Source of the DNA: Tubulanus polymorphus
Taxonomy: Eukaryota; Animalia; Nemertea
Length of the DNA stretch: 64,000 nucleotides
Assembly: GCF_964204645.1 (NCBI RefSeq)
Contig: NC_134035.1
Span: forward strand, 4,154,001-4,218,000
Direction of reading: 5' to 3'
Of the stretch, positions 13,051 to 24,729 are shown piece after piece; the stretch's first letter is position 1, and each line of letters starts with the position of its first letter. A program made the position numbers and the translations under genes. Under the pieces are notes generated by a model. The model was not told the origin of the DNA and searched no databases. It saw only the letters and a program-made list of their open reading frames with translations.

Positions 13051-14700
13051 ATGGCGTTTCTATTCGTGCCCATCGCGCCGTCGACTCACAGCGACGACGA
13101 CGACGACCGTCTGTTTCGTGCGGCCGAACGACGGCACTTCGCTTTATTCGGGAACATGAAAAAACTTCCCCCGACTGCGAGAAATTTTCTCATCAAGATG
13201 ATAGAACGCCAGCGCGATGATGATGAAAACAGTGACCACGCTTCGGTCGAGAATGTCACCAGCGCAGAGGATGCGGCGGTAGCGGACGCACCGGAGACAC
13301 CCGCCGCCGCCTCAGCTACACTTCAGACCTATTCGTCTTGGAAAGTGTTGTTAGATATGAATTTCTGTCGGAGACGATTGTCTAAACGTCGTATATCGAT
13401 AACGCTTATGAGTCGATTGACTAAGTCTGATAACGATATCGCGGATGAAATCGACGGCCAGTTCCGTATAGTTTTCACCGACGAATTGATCGGAGTTGTT
13501 CGCGGATTTCTGAGCGCGTATTTCGAAGGATCGGCGACCGAAATAATCGCCAGTTTGGATAACGTCGAGTCGTGGGCCGGAGTCCGCCCGCGGGTATCGG
13601 CCGCCACCGGTCGCCGGCAGTTACTAGCCGGCGGTATCCTGCGCAAACTGAGGCGATTTCGACCGAAGAAAAGCTCGTGTTTGGTCGGCTTGATCGACGT
13701 CGATTTGTACCCGGACGACGAGAGCGAGTCGGTGGCTGGCGAGTCGTCGTTCGAGAAGGCGTGCGCGGTGGTCAGCGTGACGTCGATCGAAAGAAGCGTT
13801 CGCCGACAGGAAGTCGAATCGGGTGACCGGGCGGAGATGATCGGGAACGCCGTTTTTATTCTGTTGAGGGTAAGCCTATGAGAGACGACCGGCTCGAGAA
13901 AATTCAAATTTCTATCTGTAATTATAAATTCTTTGCGTGGAATCATTTGCTAGTTACACGTTAGTAAAATACATGTAGCCGACAATGGCATATTTGAATA
14001 TGGAAGAAATGAAAACGAATACGCATGTATTCACCAGCTAAATAGCAAGTAGAAAATCTGATTTTCTGTAAGGTGGAAACACGAAGAAAATGAAATTTAA
14101 GCATGGTTATATATCTTATCGGGGCCGTACAGCATTTGAATTTCGGGGGAGCAGAGAAATCTGAAGAAGGGCAGTTCTATTGGATTATTACAATGATATT
14201 TGCAAAAAGGTACTTTTCCAGAATTTCGACGCTCCCGCTCGGTACGGCCCTGCTTATATTCCTCGACCTGCCCAGTCGGAAGAAAGCAACTTTATTTGAG
14301 GAGAAAACGCTTTCGTAGGTTGTAGTGTGAAAATCCATAGGCTGCGATAATACTCCAGCCAATACCGCCAACGTCGACTTCGTTGTTTATCTATTCATTT
14401 TTAAGGTATACATTTTTTCAGGTGTTGACCCACGAGATATGTCACTTGTACGGAATCGAACACTGCGTCAGTTTCCAATGCTCGATGAACGAATCGAACT
14501 CGATCAAACAAGCCGTCGCGCAGCCGTTTCTGCTGTGTCCCGTTTGTTTGAGGAAAATCTTGAAAATCTTCCGGTTCGACGTCGCCGGCCGCTATCGAAA
14601 ACTGCAAGATATCGTCGCCGATATAACGGGGCGATACCCGTCCAGATATTGGGAGTCGATACAGCGGAGTTTGACGAAGAATTTACAATTGCTTGAATGA
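13051..14700 (+). CDS. AMZ2: Archaemetzincin (peptidase M54) zinc metalloprotease; exons 13051-13869, 14422-14700
   Basis: HEICHLYGIEHC (HExxHxxGxxH), CSMNESNS Met-turn, LCPVC, VGLIDVDLYP, QLLAGGIL; phase-0 GTAAGC..TTTCAG intron. Confidence 0.92.
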
Positions 14701-15482
14701 ATTTGACGAGAATACATTTCACTTTTTTATTTTTTGTTTTTCAATGTATTTCTTCTCTTCATCGCAAAGGAGTTTTGACCCATTCTGAAGGTTTTTTAGT
14801 CCCTCATTTATATAAATAATTTGTGTTATGCTCATTTCAGAGCGTCCTTCTTACAAACCGTACACATTTGCTGGGAAATGAAACGGGAAGTTTGATTTTG
14901 ATATCGGGAATCGAAGTACAGATATAGTTGGATGGTCGGTCTAATTTAGGTATTTTTGTTTTGTCAAATTGAAGAACATACATGGAAGTTTTGGTACCGG
15001 TTGGTGTAAACAATCTACCAACCTGAACCGGTAAGAGACTTTTTCGGGTTTATTTCTGCTGGTTGTCAAATTTAATACATCCCAGATTTGGCATTAACGT
15101 TTAAGAAAGTATGCTGTCCATTTCGATACCTTAATACGTGTCTTCTGTTTATTGTGATGGACCAGGCTTAAAAAGCTTTCAGATTAATGCTTCGTAGCGA
15201 AATGCGACGCCTTAATGTGTAATGTATATAGGGACGCCGAATTCGCTAAGTGTTAGAGACGGGGTCCACTTGAAACACTTAATACTTCAGGTTCTTAACC
15301 GATAAATTCTTCAACAGTTACAGTTCCCCGAAGGAGGCTATAGAAATGGCGTTAACTCGAATCGACACACATACAAGTGTATCTTACTATACAATGGAAC
15401 CTCTATTCACCCAAAAGTTGAACTGGGGGAATTTCAACAACTCTTTTGTAGTGCGCAGTTTCTCGCTGCGAAGAATCTCGCG

Positions 15483-16571
15483 ATGAATTATAGTCTCACG
15501 ACGACTACGACGATATCAGAAACCTGTAATCGGCCGTACGCTTATAAAAACGTGCTTCTCGTCAGCGTAAAACTAGCGGGCGCTCTACCAATCAGCATCG
15601 TCGGCATCACTCTGAACGGGTTCAGCATTTCCATCATACGTCGCCAGTCGTCTGATCACATCTCGTTGTACCTGTTACGCTGTCTCGCGCTGGCCGATAT
15701 ACTCTTCCTTATTTTCAACACGATTCAGGAACCGTTGCGTTTCGTCGTGTCCTGGTTTACGCAAGGAACTCACATGTTTTGGTTTCCGTACCTGAGCTGG
15801 GGCGTGCGACCGTGGATCTATAAAACGGCTTGGATTCCGCGATATTCGGCGCAGTTGACGCGCAACTGGATAACCGTGCTGTTAGTGCTAGAACGGTGCG
15901 TTTCGCTCGCGTATCCATTTTTCGCGAGAACGCACGTTACGAAATCGAGAATAAGAACCGTTATTTGTTGTATGGTCATCGTATTCGCTATCATGTACTG
16001 CCCGTTTGTAATCGGTACTGAAATAGTCGTCAGGTACTTCGACCCTTGTAACGACGTGTACATATCGACGATCGGCCGGGCAAACGGCGAAATACGCAGC
16101 GCTTTCTACGAAGCGTTTCACTGGCTCGACCGATTCGTCGGTATTTTAGCTAAAGAACTGATCCCGGTAATTTTACTCTCGACTTGCAACTGCTATTTGA
16201 TATGGACGCTCAGAAAACTGACGGCGAAACGAAACGAGATGATCGGCGGCGAAACGACCCGACTCGACGTGAAGGCTACTAAAATCGCTATAGCTATCGT
16301 CATCCTGTTCGTCATTTGCGAGGTGCCTCCCTCGTTTCGGTCGATGTACCATTTCTTCGGCATGTTCTTACCGAATCTGCCCGTACTGACGTACACCGGC
16401 GCCGTCTACATCGCTCAAATGATGTTCAACGATCTTCTGCCGACTTTAAACTCGTCCGTCAATTTCTTCATATACTATTTGGCGAACGATAATTTTAGAG
16501 CCACCGCTAAAAAGTTATTGCTTAAGTACGCGAACCGACCGGGTCGCTTAGCGTCTCGGAAAAAACTGTAG
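15483..16571 (+). CDS. Intronless class A GPCR, FMRFamide/sex-peptide-receptor-like, copy 1 (362 aa)
   Basis: Seven hydrophobic segments; GITLN, LALAD, LERC, FVICEVP, NSSVNFFIY motifs; N-terminal NYS sequon. Confidence 0.92.
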   Translation: MNYSLTTTTTISETCNRPYAYKNVLLVSVKLAGALPISIVGITLNGFSISIIRRQSSDHISLYLLRCLALADILFLIFNTIQEPLRFVVSWFTQGTHMFWFPYLSWGVRPWIYKTAWIPRYSAQLTRNWITVLLVLERCVSLAYPFFARTHVTKSRIRTVICCMVIVFAIMYCPFVIGTEIVVRYFDPCNDVYISTIGRANGEIRSAFYEAFHWLDRFVGILAKELIPVILLSTCNCYLIWTLRKLTAKRNEMIGGETTRLDVKATKIAIAIVILFVICEVPPSFRSMYHFFGMFLPNLPVLTYTGAVYIAQMMFNDLLPTLNSSVNFFIYYLANDNFRATAKKLLLKYANRPGRLASRKKL

Positions 16572-17417
16572 ACTTTAATTGGTGATTCCAATTAATACAA
16601 ATCCATCAAAAACAACCCTTTGGAAAAGTTGCAATCAGCTTTTAATTTAGGTTGAAAAAATATCTCTAAGAAATTTCCTGACCATTCGGACTTCATCTCC
16701 AAATTCAACTCTCGGCTTCCAAATCTTCCTTATGCTTATGGTCTTCCTAAAATTCATAAACCTAATTTACCTTTAAGACCGATCATTTCTAATATCAATT
16801 CTCTATCATATCGGCTCTCCAAATATCTGGCTTAAGTACTCTCCCCCCGGCGTTGGGTACTTTTCTGATTCACAATATGGATCTTTTAGACAAACTCAAA
16901 AATCTCAAACCTAACGGCCAAAAATTTATATCTTTCGACGATGTTTCCTTGTTCACAAATATACCATTGGAACCAACTCTCAATTTCTTAAGAAGAAAAC
17001 TCCCGGACTCCAATCTTGATCTCCCAATTCCTGTAGATTGCTTACTTGAACTTTTGGAACTCTGTACTACCAATCTATATTTCCAATTACAAGACAAATT
17101 CTGTGAACACATTTTTGGTTTCGCTATGGGTAACCCATTATCCCCCATTTTGGCTTATCTTTTCCTTGATTCTTTGAATCCGAAATTCTTCCAAAGTACG
17201 CTGGCTCTAAACCTAACTTTTGGATTAGATATGTTGATGACATTGTGTGCTTAGTCTCTGATGATTTTGATCTTGCCTCTTTTATCGACTTCATCAACTC
17301 CCAATATCCATCTTTGAAATTCACTTTTGAAAGGGAACAAAATGACCAAATTCCGTTATAGATGTTCTAATTCACAATAAATATTCTCATTTGATTTTAT
17401 CAGTCTACCGTAAACCC
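16560..17417 (+). mobile_element. Decayed Penelope-like element reverse transcriptase fragment, copy 1
   Basis: [48 protein letters not shown]; several stops and frameshifts; no GIY-YIG domain seen. Confidence 0.88.
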
Positions 17418-17896
17418 GGCCTATCAACGCTGAGGAATACCTTCACTTATTTTCGTTTACAGAAAATAGACTTTAGTTTCACTGAGAACCTTAGTGTCAG
17501 TGGTATATCGCTAACGCGACCCCTGACACTAAATACCGAGTGATTAAAGTGCCGACTGAGCGCCAGTCGGCAATTTCGACGTAAAATAACGACTACGTGA
17601 CTGGGTGGGTGGTTCACGCGAGCTCTTTAAGGCAGTATACGGAGCTCCGCGAACCGGCCATTCTCATGACTGGGTGAAACTTTAGTAGGACACAACAAAA
17701 GGTGATCCAGGTGATCCATATGTAGAAATGATTTTCGGGCTAAATAAATGGCACTGGATAAGGTTCAAGTTACAAGTTTAGCGAAAATTGCTCCAATATT
17801 GTTGCCGGAGTTCACCGTCGAATATACGTGTCAATAAATATCGAATTGAGAATTGAATTTATTCCGATTCCGGCGCCTTGCATCGAGTCGTCCATC

Positions 17897-18265
17897 ATGG
17901 CTGACAAAATCGAGGGACTGGCCGAAAAATACAAACAATTCGTGTCTAAAAACCGCGACGCGACGACTCAACTGGAAAACGCGTGCCGAGTACTTTCCTA
18001 CATCATAGCCGCTAACAACGAACCCCGAATTATTTATAACGCATTAGCTGTTAATCTACAGAGGAATGTTTTTAATCTGACTGCCATTTTGACTTCCGGG
18101 TTCCACCACTCGATCCACAATTCCATCCACTTCATGCAGATATTACCCGGCCTTCATCATTTACGGTACATCGTCGTCGGAGCTGTGGTGAATTTTGCCT
18201 TTTTAACCATGACATGGGAGCCTACACAGCGCAGTTTGACGAAGAATTTACAATTGCTTGAATGA
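17897..18265 (+). pseudogene. Duplicated PEX16 exon 1 (donor mutated GT>CT) reading through intron sequence into the AMZ2 C-terminus; 122-aa chimeric ORF
   Basis: [16 protein letters not shown]...SYIIA, then intron-derived residues, ending WEPTQRSLTKNLQLLE (AMZ2 ends WESIQRSLTKNLQLLE). Confidence 0.8.
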
Positions 18266-18946
18266 ATTTGACGAGAATACATTTCACTTTTCTACTCTTT
18301 GTTTTTCAATGCATTTCTTCTCTTCATCGCGAAGGAGGTTTGACCCATTCTGAAGGTTTTTTAGTCCCTCATTTATATAAATAATTTGTGTTATGCTCAT
18401 TTCAGAGCGTCCTTCTTACAAACCGTACACATTTGCTGGGAAACGAAACGGGAGGTTTGATTTTGATATCGGAAATCGAAGTACAGATATAGTTGGATGG
18501 TCGGTCTAATTTAGGTATTTTTGTTTTGTCAAATTGAAGAACATACATGGAAGTTTTGGTACCGGTTGGTGTAAACAATCTACCAACCTGATCCGGTAAG
18601 AGACTTTTTCGGGTTTATTTCTGTTGGTTGTCAAATTCTATACATCCAAGATTTGGCATTAACGTTTAAGAACGTATGCTGTCCATTTCGATACCTTAAT
18701 ACGTGTCTTCTGTTTATTGTGATGGACCAGGCTTAAAAAGCTTTCAGATTAATGCTTCGTAGTGAAATGCGACGCCTTAATGTGTAATGCATATAGGGAC
18801 GCCGAATTCGCTAAGTGTTAGAGACGGGGTCCACTTGAAAACTTCAGGTTCTTAACCGATAAATTCTTCAACAGTTACAGTTCCCCGAAGGAGGCTATAA
18901 AAATGGCGTTAACTCGAATCGACACACATACAAGTGTGACTTACTA

Positions 18947-19117
18947 CAATAGAACCTCGATGTAACAATCTCGGACATAACGATTTATCGTTTCGTACCC
19001 AGAATCTTGTCCCAAATACGATAATTTCGATAATTTCATACTGGATATAACGAACTGACGTTGGTCGTAACGAACATTTCCTGGTCGCCTGAAGTTTGTT
19101 GTAACGAGGTTCCACTT
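18947..19117. mobile_element. Tc1/mariner-like MITE upstream of GPCR copy 2
   Basis: TA-flanked TIRs caatagaacctcgatgtaac / gttgtaacgaggttccactt. Confidence 0.65.
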
Positions 19118-19332
19118 TAAAATCATTCTTTGATTTCGCCTTATTATTTCTATCTGTGTGAAATTGTCCCGCGCTTCAAATTTCAAACAGAAACCACGCG
19201 TATAATGTATTCTTTGAAATGTATGTATATATTTAAATATGCCAAGCAGAATTATTCACCCTAAAATTGAACTGGGGGGAATTTCAACAACTCTTTTGTA
19301 GTGCGCAGTTTCTCGCTGCGAAGAATCTCGCG

Positions 19333-20427
19333 ATGAATTATAGTCTCACGACGACGACGACGACGACGATATCAGAAACCTGTAATCGGCCTTACGCTTA
19401 TAAAAACGTGCTTCTCGTCAGCGTAAAACTAGCGGGCGGTCTACCAATCAGCATCGTCGGCATCACTCTGAACGGGTTCAGCATTTCCATCATACGTCGC
19501 CAGTCGTCTGATCACATATCGTTGTATCTGTTACGCTGTCTCGCGCTGGCCGATATAGTGTTTCTCGTTTTCAACACGATTCAGGATCCGTTGCGTTTCG
19601 TCGTGTCCTGGTTCACGCAAGGAACTCACATGTTTTGGATGCTGTCCCTGAGCTGGGGCGTGCGACCGTGGATCTATAAAACGGCTTGGATTCCGCGATA
19701 TTCGGCGCAGTTGACGCGCAACTGGATAACCGTGCTGTTAGTGCTAGAACGGTGCGTTTCGCTCGCGTATCCATTTTTCGCGAGATCGCACGTTACGAAA
19801 CCGAGAATAAGAACCGTTATTTGTTGTATGGTCATCGTATTCGCTATCATGTACTGCCCGTTTGTAATCGGTACTGAAATAGTCGTCAGGTACTTCGACC
19901 CTTGTAACGACGTGTACATATCGACGATCGGCCGGGCAAAAGGCGAAATACGCAGCGGTTTCTTCGAAGCGTTTATCTGGCTCGACCGATTCGTCGGTAT
20001 TTTAGCTAAAGAACTGATCCCGGCAGTTTTACTGTTGGCTTGCAACTGCTATTTGATATGGACGCTCAGAAAACTGACGGCGAAACGAAAAGAGATGATC
20101 GTCGGCGTAACGACCCGACTCGACGTGAAGGCTACTAAAATCGCTATAGCTATCGTCGTCCTGTTCGTCATTTGCGAGGTGCCTCCCTCGTTTCGGTCGA
20201 TGTACCATTTCTTCGGCATGTTCTTACCGAATCTGCCCGTACTGACGTACACCGGCGCCGTCTACATCGCTCAAATGATGTTCAACGATCTTCTGCCGAC
20301 TTTAAACTCGTCCGTCAATTTCTTCATATACTATTTGGCGAACGATAATTTTAGAGCCACCGCTAAAAAGTTATTGCTTAAGTACGCGAACCGACCGGGT
20401 CGCTTAGCGTCTCGGAAAAAACTGTAG
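19333..20427 (+). CDS. Intronless class A GPCR, copy 2 (364 aa, the divergent copy)
   Basis: Paralog of 15483-16571 with intact ORF; first ATG at 19333. Confidence 0.92.
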   Translation: MNYSLTTTTTTTISETCNRPYAYKNVLLVSVKLAGGLPISIVGITLNGFSISIIRRQSSDHISLYLLRCLALADIVFLVFNTIQDPLRFVVSWFTQGTHMFWMLSLSWGVRPWIYKTAWIPRYSAQLTRNWITVLLVLERCVSLAYPFFARSHVTKPRIRTVICCMVIVFAIMYCPFVIGTEIVVRYFDPCNDVYISTIGRAKGEIRSGFFEAFIWLDRFVGILAKELIPAVLLLACNCYLIWTLRKLTAKRKEMIVGVTTRLDVKATKIAIAIVVLFVICEVPPSFRSMYHFFGMFLPNLPVLTYTGAVYIAQMMFNDLLPTLNSSVNFFIYYLANDNFRATAKKLLLKYANRPGRLASRKKL

Positions 20428-21178
20428 ACTTTAATTGGTGATTCCAATTAATACAAATCCATCAAAAACAACCCTTTGGAAAAGTTGCAATCAGCTTTTA
20501 ATTTAGGTTGAAAAAATATCATAAACCTTATTCACCTTTTAGACCGATCATTTCTAATATCAATTCTCCATCATATCGGCTCTCCAAATATCTGGCTTAA
20601 GTACTCTCCCCGGCGTTGGGTACTTTTTCTGATTCACAATATGGATCTTTTAGACAAACTCAAAAATCTCAAACCTAATGGCCAAAAGTTTTTATCTTTC
20701 GACGATGTTTCCTTGTTTACAAATATACCATTGGAACCAACTCTCAATTTCTTAAGAAGAAAACTCCCGGACTCCAATCTTGATCTCCCAATTCCTGTAG
20801 ATTGCTTACTTGAACTTTTGGAACTCTGTACTACCAATCTATATTTCCAATTACAAGACAAATTCTATGAACAAATTTTTGGTTTCGCTATCGGGTAACC
20901 CATTATCCCCCATTTTGGCTAATCTTTTCCTTGATTCTTTGAATCCGAAATTCTTCCAAAGTACGCTGGCTCTAAACCTAACTTTTGCGCTTAGATATGT
21001 TGATGACATTCTGTGCTTCTGATGATTTTGATCTTACCTCTTTTATCGACTTCATCAACTCCCAATACCCAACTTGAAATTCACTTTTGAAAGGGAACAA
21101 AATGACCAAATTCCGTTTTTAGATGTTCTAATTCACAATAAATATTCTCATTTGATTTTCTCAGTCTACCGTAAACCC
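20416..21178 (+). mobile_element. Decayed Penelope-like RT fragment, copy 2
   Basis: Same RT motifs; internal ~90-bp deletion removes most of YGLPKIH. Confidence 0.85.
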
Positions 21179-21636
21179 GGCCTATCAACGCTGAGGAATA
21201 CCTTCACTTATTTTCGTTTACAGAAAATAGACTTTAGTTGCACTGAGAACCTTAGTGCCAGTGGTATATCGCTAACGCGACCCCTGACACTAAGTACCGA
21301 GTGGTTAAAGTGCCGACTGAGCGCCAGTCGGCAATTTCGACGTAAAATAACGAATACGTGACTGGGTGGGTGGTTCACGCGAGCTCTTTAAGGCAGTATA
21401 CGGAGCTCTGCGAACCGGCCATTGTCATGACTGGGTGAAACTTTAGTAGGACACAACAAAAGGTGATCCATATGTAGAAATGATTTTCGGGCTAAATAAA
21501 TGGCACTGGATAAGGTTCAAGTTACAAGTTTAGCGAAAATTGCTCCAATATTGTTGCCGGAGTTCACCGTCGAATATACGTGTCAATAAATATCGAATTG
21601 AGAATTGAATTTATTCCGATTCCGGCGCCTTGCATC

Positions 21637-22005
21637 ATGGCTGACAAAATCGAGGGACTGGCCGAAAAATACAAACAATTCGTGTCTAAAAACCGCGACG
21701 CGACGACTCAACTGGAAAACGCGTGCCGAGTACTTTCCTACATCATAGCCGGTAACAACGAACCCCGAATTATTTATAACGCATTAGCTGTTAATCTACA
21801 GAGGAATGTTTTTAATCTGACTGCCATTTTGACTTCCGGGTTCCACCACTCGATCCACAATTCCATCCACTTCATGCAGATATTACCCGGCCTTCATCAT
21901 TTACAGTACATCGTCCTCGGAGCTGTGGTGAATTTTGCCTTTTTAACCATGACGCGGGAGCTTACACAGCGCAGTTTGACGAAGAATTTACAATTGCTTG
22001 AATGA
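21637..22005 (+). pseudogene. Duplicated PEX16 exon 1 (donor intact at 21752) and second 122-aa PEX16::AMZ2 chimeric ORF
   Basis: Same structure as 17897-18265; ends RELTQRSLTKNLQLLE. Confidence 0.8.
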
Positions 22006-22793
22006 ATTTGACGAGAATACATTTCACTTTTTTATTTTTTGTTTTTCAATGTATTTCTTCTCTTCATCGCAAAGGAGTTTTGACCCATTCTGAAGGTTTT
22101 TTAGTCCCTCATTTATATAAATAATTTGTGTTATGCTCATTTCAGAGCGTCCTTCTTACAAACCGTACACATTTGCTGGGAGATGAAACGGGAAGTTTGA
22201 TTTTGATATCGGGAATCGAAGTACAGATATAGTTGGATGGTCGGTCTAATTTAGGTATTTTTGTTTTGTCAAATTGAAGAACATACATGGAAGTTTTGGT
22301 ACCGGTTGGTGTAAACAATCTACCAACCTGAACCGGTAAGAGACTTTTTCGGGTTAATTTCTGCTGGTTGTCAAATTTAATACAAAAATATCCCAGATTT
22401 GGCATTAACGTTTAAGAAAGTATGCTGTCCATTTCGATACCTTAATACGTGTCTTCTATTTATTGTGATGGACCAGGCTTAAAAAGCTTTCAGATTAATG
22501 CTTCGTAGCGAAATGCGACGCCTTAATGTTTAATGTATATAGGGACGCCGAATTCGCTAAGTGTTAGAGACGGGGTCCACTTGAAACACTTTATACTTCA
22601 GGTTCTTAACCGAGAAATTCTTCAACAGTTACAGTTCCCCGAAGGAGGCTATAGAAATGGCGTTAACTCGAATCGACACACATACAAGTGTATCTTACTA
22701 TACAATGGAACCTCTATTCACCCAAAAGTTGAACTGGGGGAATTTCAACAACTCTTTTGTAGTGCGCAGTTTCTCGCTGCGAAGAATCTCGCG

Positions 22794-23882
22794 ATGAATT
22801 ATAGTCTCACGACGACTACGACGATATCAGGAACCTGTAATCGGCCGTACGCTTATAAAAACGTGCTTCTCGTCAGCGTAAAACTAGCGGGCGCTCTACC
22901 AATCAGCATCGTCGGCATCACTCTGAACGGGTTCAGCATTTCCATCATACGTCGCCAGTCGTCTGATCACATCTCGTTGTATCTGTTACGCTGTCTCGCG
23001 CTGGCCGATATACTCTTCCTTGTGTTCAACACGATTCAGGAACCGTTGCGTTTCGTCGTGTCCTGGTTTACGCAAGGAACTCACATGTTTTGGTTTCCGT
23101 ACCTGAGCTGGGGCGTGCGACCGTGGATCTATAAAACGGCTTGGATTCCGCGATATTCGGCGCAGTTGACGCGCAACTGGATAACCGTGCTGTTAGTGCT
23201 AGAACGGTGCGTTTCGCTCGCGTATCCATTTTTCGCGAGAACGCACGTTACGAAATCGAGAATAAGAACCGTTATTTGTTGTTTGGTCATCGTATTCGCT
23301 ATCATGTACTGCCCGTTTGTAATCGGTACTGAAATAGTCGTCAGGTACTTCGACCCTTGTAACGACGTGTACATATCGACGATCGGCCGGGCAAACGGCG
23401 AAATACGCAGCGCTTTCTACGAAGCGTTTCACTGGCTCGACCGATTCGTCGGTATTTTAGCTAAAGAACTGATCCCGGTAATTTTACTCTCGACTTGCAA
23501 CTGCTATTTGATATGGACGCTCAGAAAACTGACGGCGAAACGAAACGAGATGATCGGCGGCGAAACGACCCGACTCGACGTGAAGGCTACTAAAATCGCT
23601 ATAGCTATCGTCGTCCTGTTCGTCATTTGCGAGGTGCCTCCCTCGTTTCGGTCGATGTACCATTTCTTCGGCATGTTCTTACCGAATCTGCCCGTACTGA
23701 CGTACACCGGCGCCGTCTACATCGCTCAAATGATGTTCAACGATCTTCTGCCGACTTTAAACTCGTCCGTCAATTTCTTCATATACTATTTGGCGAACGA
23801 TAATTTTAGAGCCACCGCTAAAAAGTTATTGCTTAAGTACGCGAACCGACCGGGTCGCTTAGCGTCTCGGAAAAAACTGTAG
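22794..23882 (+). CDS. Intronless class A GPCR, copy 3 (362 aa)
   Basis: About 4 aa differences from copy 1; start assigned by homology to copies 1 and 2. Confidence 0.92.
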   Translation: MNYSLTTTTTISGTCNRPYAYKNVLLVSVKLAGALPISIVGITLNGFSISIIRRQSSDHISLYLLRCLALADILFLVFNTIQEPLRFVVSWFTQGTHMFWFPYLSWGVRPWIYKTAWIPRYSAQLTRNWITVLLVLERCVSLAYPFFARTHVTKSRIRTVICCLVIVFAIMYCPFVIGTEIVVRYFDPCNDVYISTIGRANGEIRSAFYEAFHWLDRFVGILAKELIPVILLSTCNCYLIWTLRKLTAKRNEMIGGETTRLDVKATKIAIAIVVLFVICEVPPSFRSMYHFFGMFLPNLPVLTYTGAVYIAQMMFNDLLPTLNSSVNFFIYYLANDNFRATAKKLLLKYANRPGRLASRKKL

Positions 23883-24729
23883 ACTTTAATTGGTGATTCC
23901 AATTTATACAAATCCATCAAAAACTACCCTTTGGAAAAGATGCAATCAGCTTTTAATTTAGGTTTAAAAAACATCCCTAAGAAATTTCCTGACCATTCGG
24001 ATTTCATCTCCAAATTCAACTCTCGGCTTCCAAATCTTCCTTATGCTTATGGTCTTACTAAAATTCATAAACCTAATTCACCTTTAAGACCGATCATTTC
24101 TAATATCAATTCTCTATCATATCGGCTCTCCAAATATCTGGCTTAAGTACTCTCCCCGGCGTTGGGTACTTTTTCTGATTCACAATATGGATCTTTTAGA
24201 CAAACTCAAAAATCTCAAACCTAATGGCCAAAAATTTATATCTTTCGACGATGTTTCCTTGTTCACAAATATACCATTGGAACCAACTCTCAATTTCTTA
24301 AGAACAAAACTCCCGGACTCCAATCTTGATCTCCCAATTCCTGTAGATTGCTTGCTTGAACTTTTGGAACTCTGTACTACCAATCTATATTTCCAATTAC
24401 AAGACAAATTCTATGAACAAATTTTTGGTTTCGCTATCGGGTAACCCATTATCCCCCATTTTGGATAATCTTTTCCTTGATTCTTTGAATCCGAAATTCT
24501 TCCAAAGTACGCTGGCTCTAAACCTAACTTTTGGATTAGATATGTTGATGACATTGTGTGCTTAGTCTCTGATGATTTTGATCTTACCTCTTTTATCGAC
24601 TTCATCAACTCCCAATACCCAACTTTGAAATTCAGTTTTGAAAGGGAACAAAATGACCAAATTCCGTTTTTAGATGCTCTAATCCACAATAAATATTCTC
24701 ATTTGATTTTATCAGTCTACCGTAAACCT
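23871..24729 (+). mobile_element. Decayed Penelope-like RT fragment, copy 3
   Basis: Same RT motifs; lacks the two 5' stop codons shared by copies 1 and 2. Confidence 0.85.

Noticed and set aside
13329-13946. 205-aa antisense ORF (and similar ORFs overlapping the GPCRs and Alx)
   Set aside because: Shadow frames of real CpG-rich coding sequence
22533-22793. N-terminal extension of GPCR copy 3 (449-aa ORF)
   Set aside because: The homologous segment has a stop (TAA) in copies 1 and 2; most likely UTR or intron, though not excluded
16560-24729. Functional retron-like or receptor-RT system
   Set aside because: RT pieces are truncated, have stops and frameshifts in all three copies, and were co-duplicated passively
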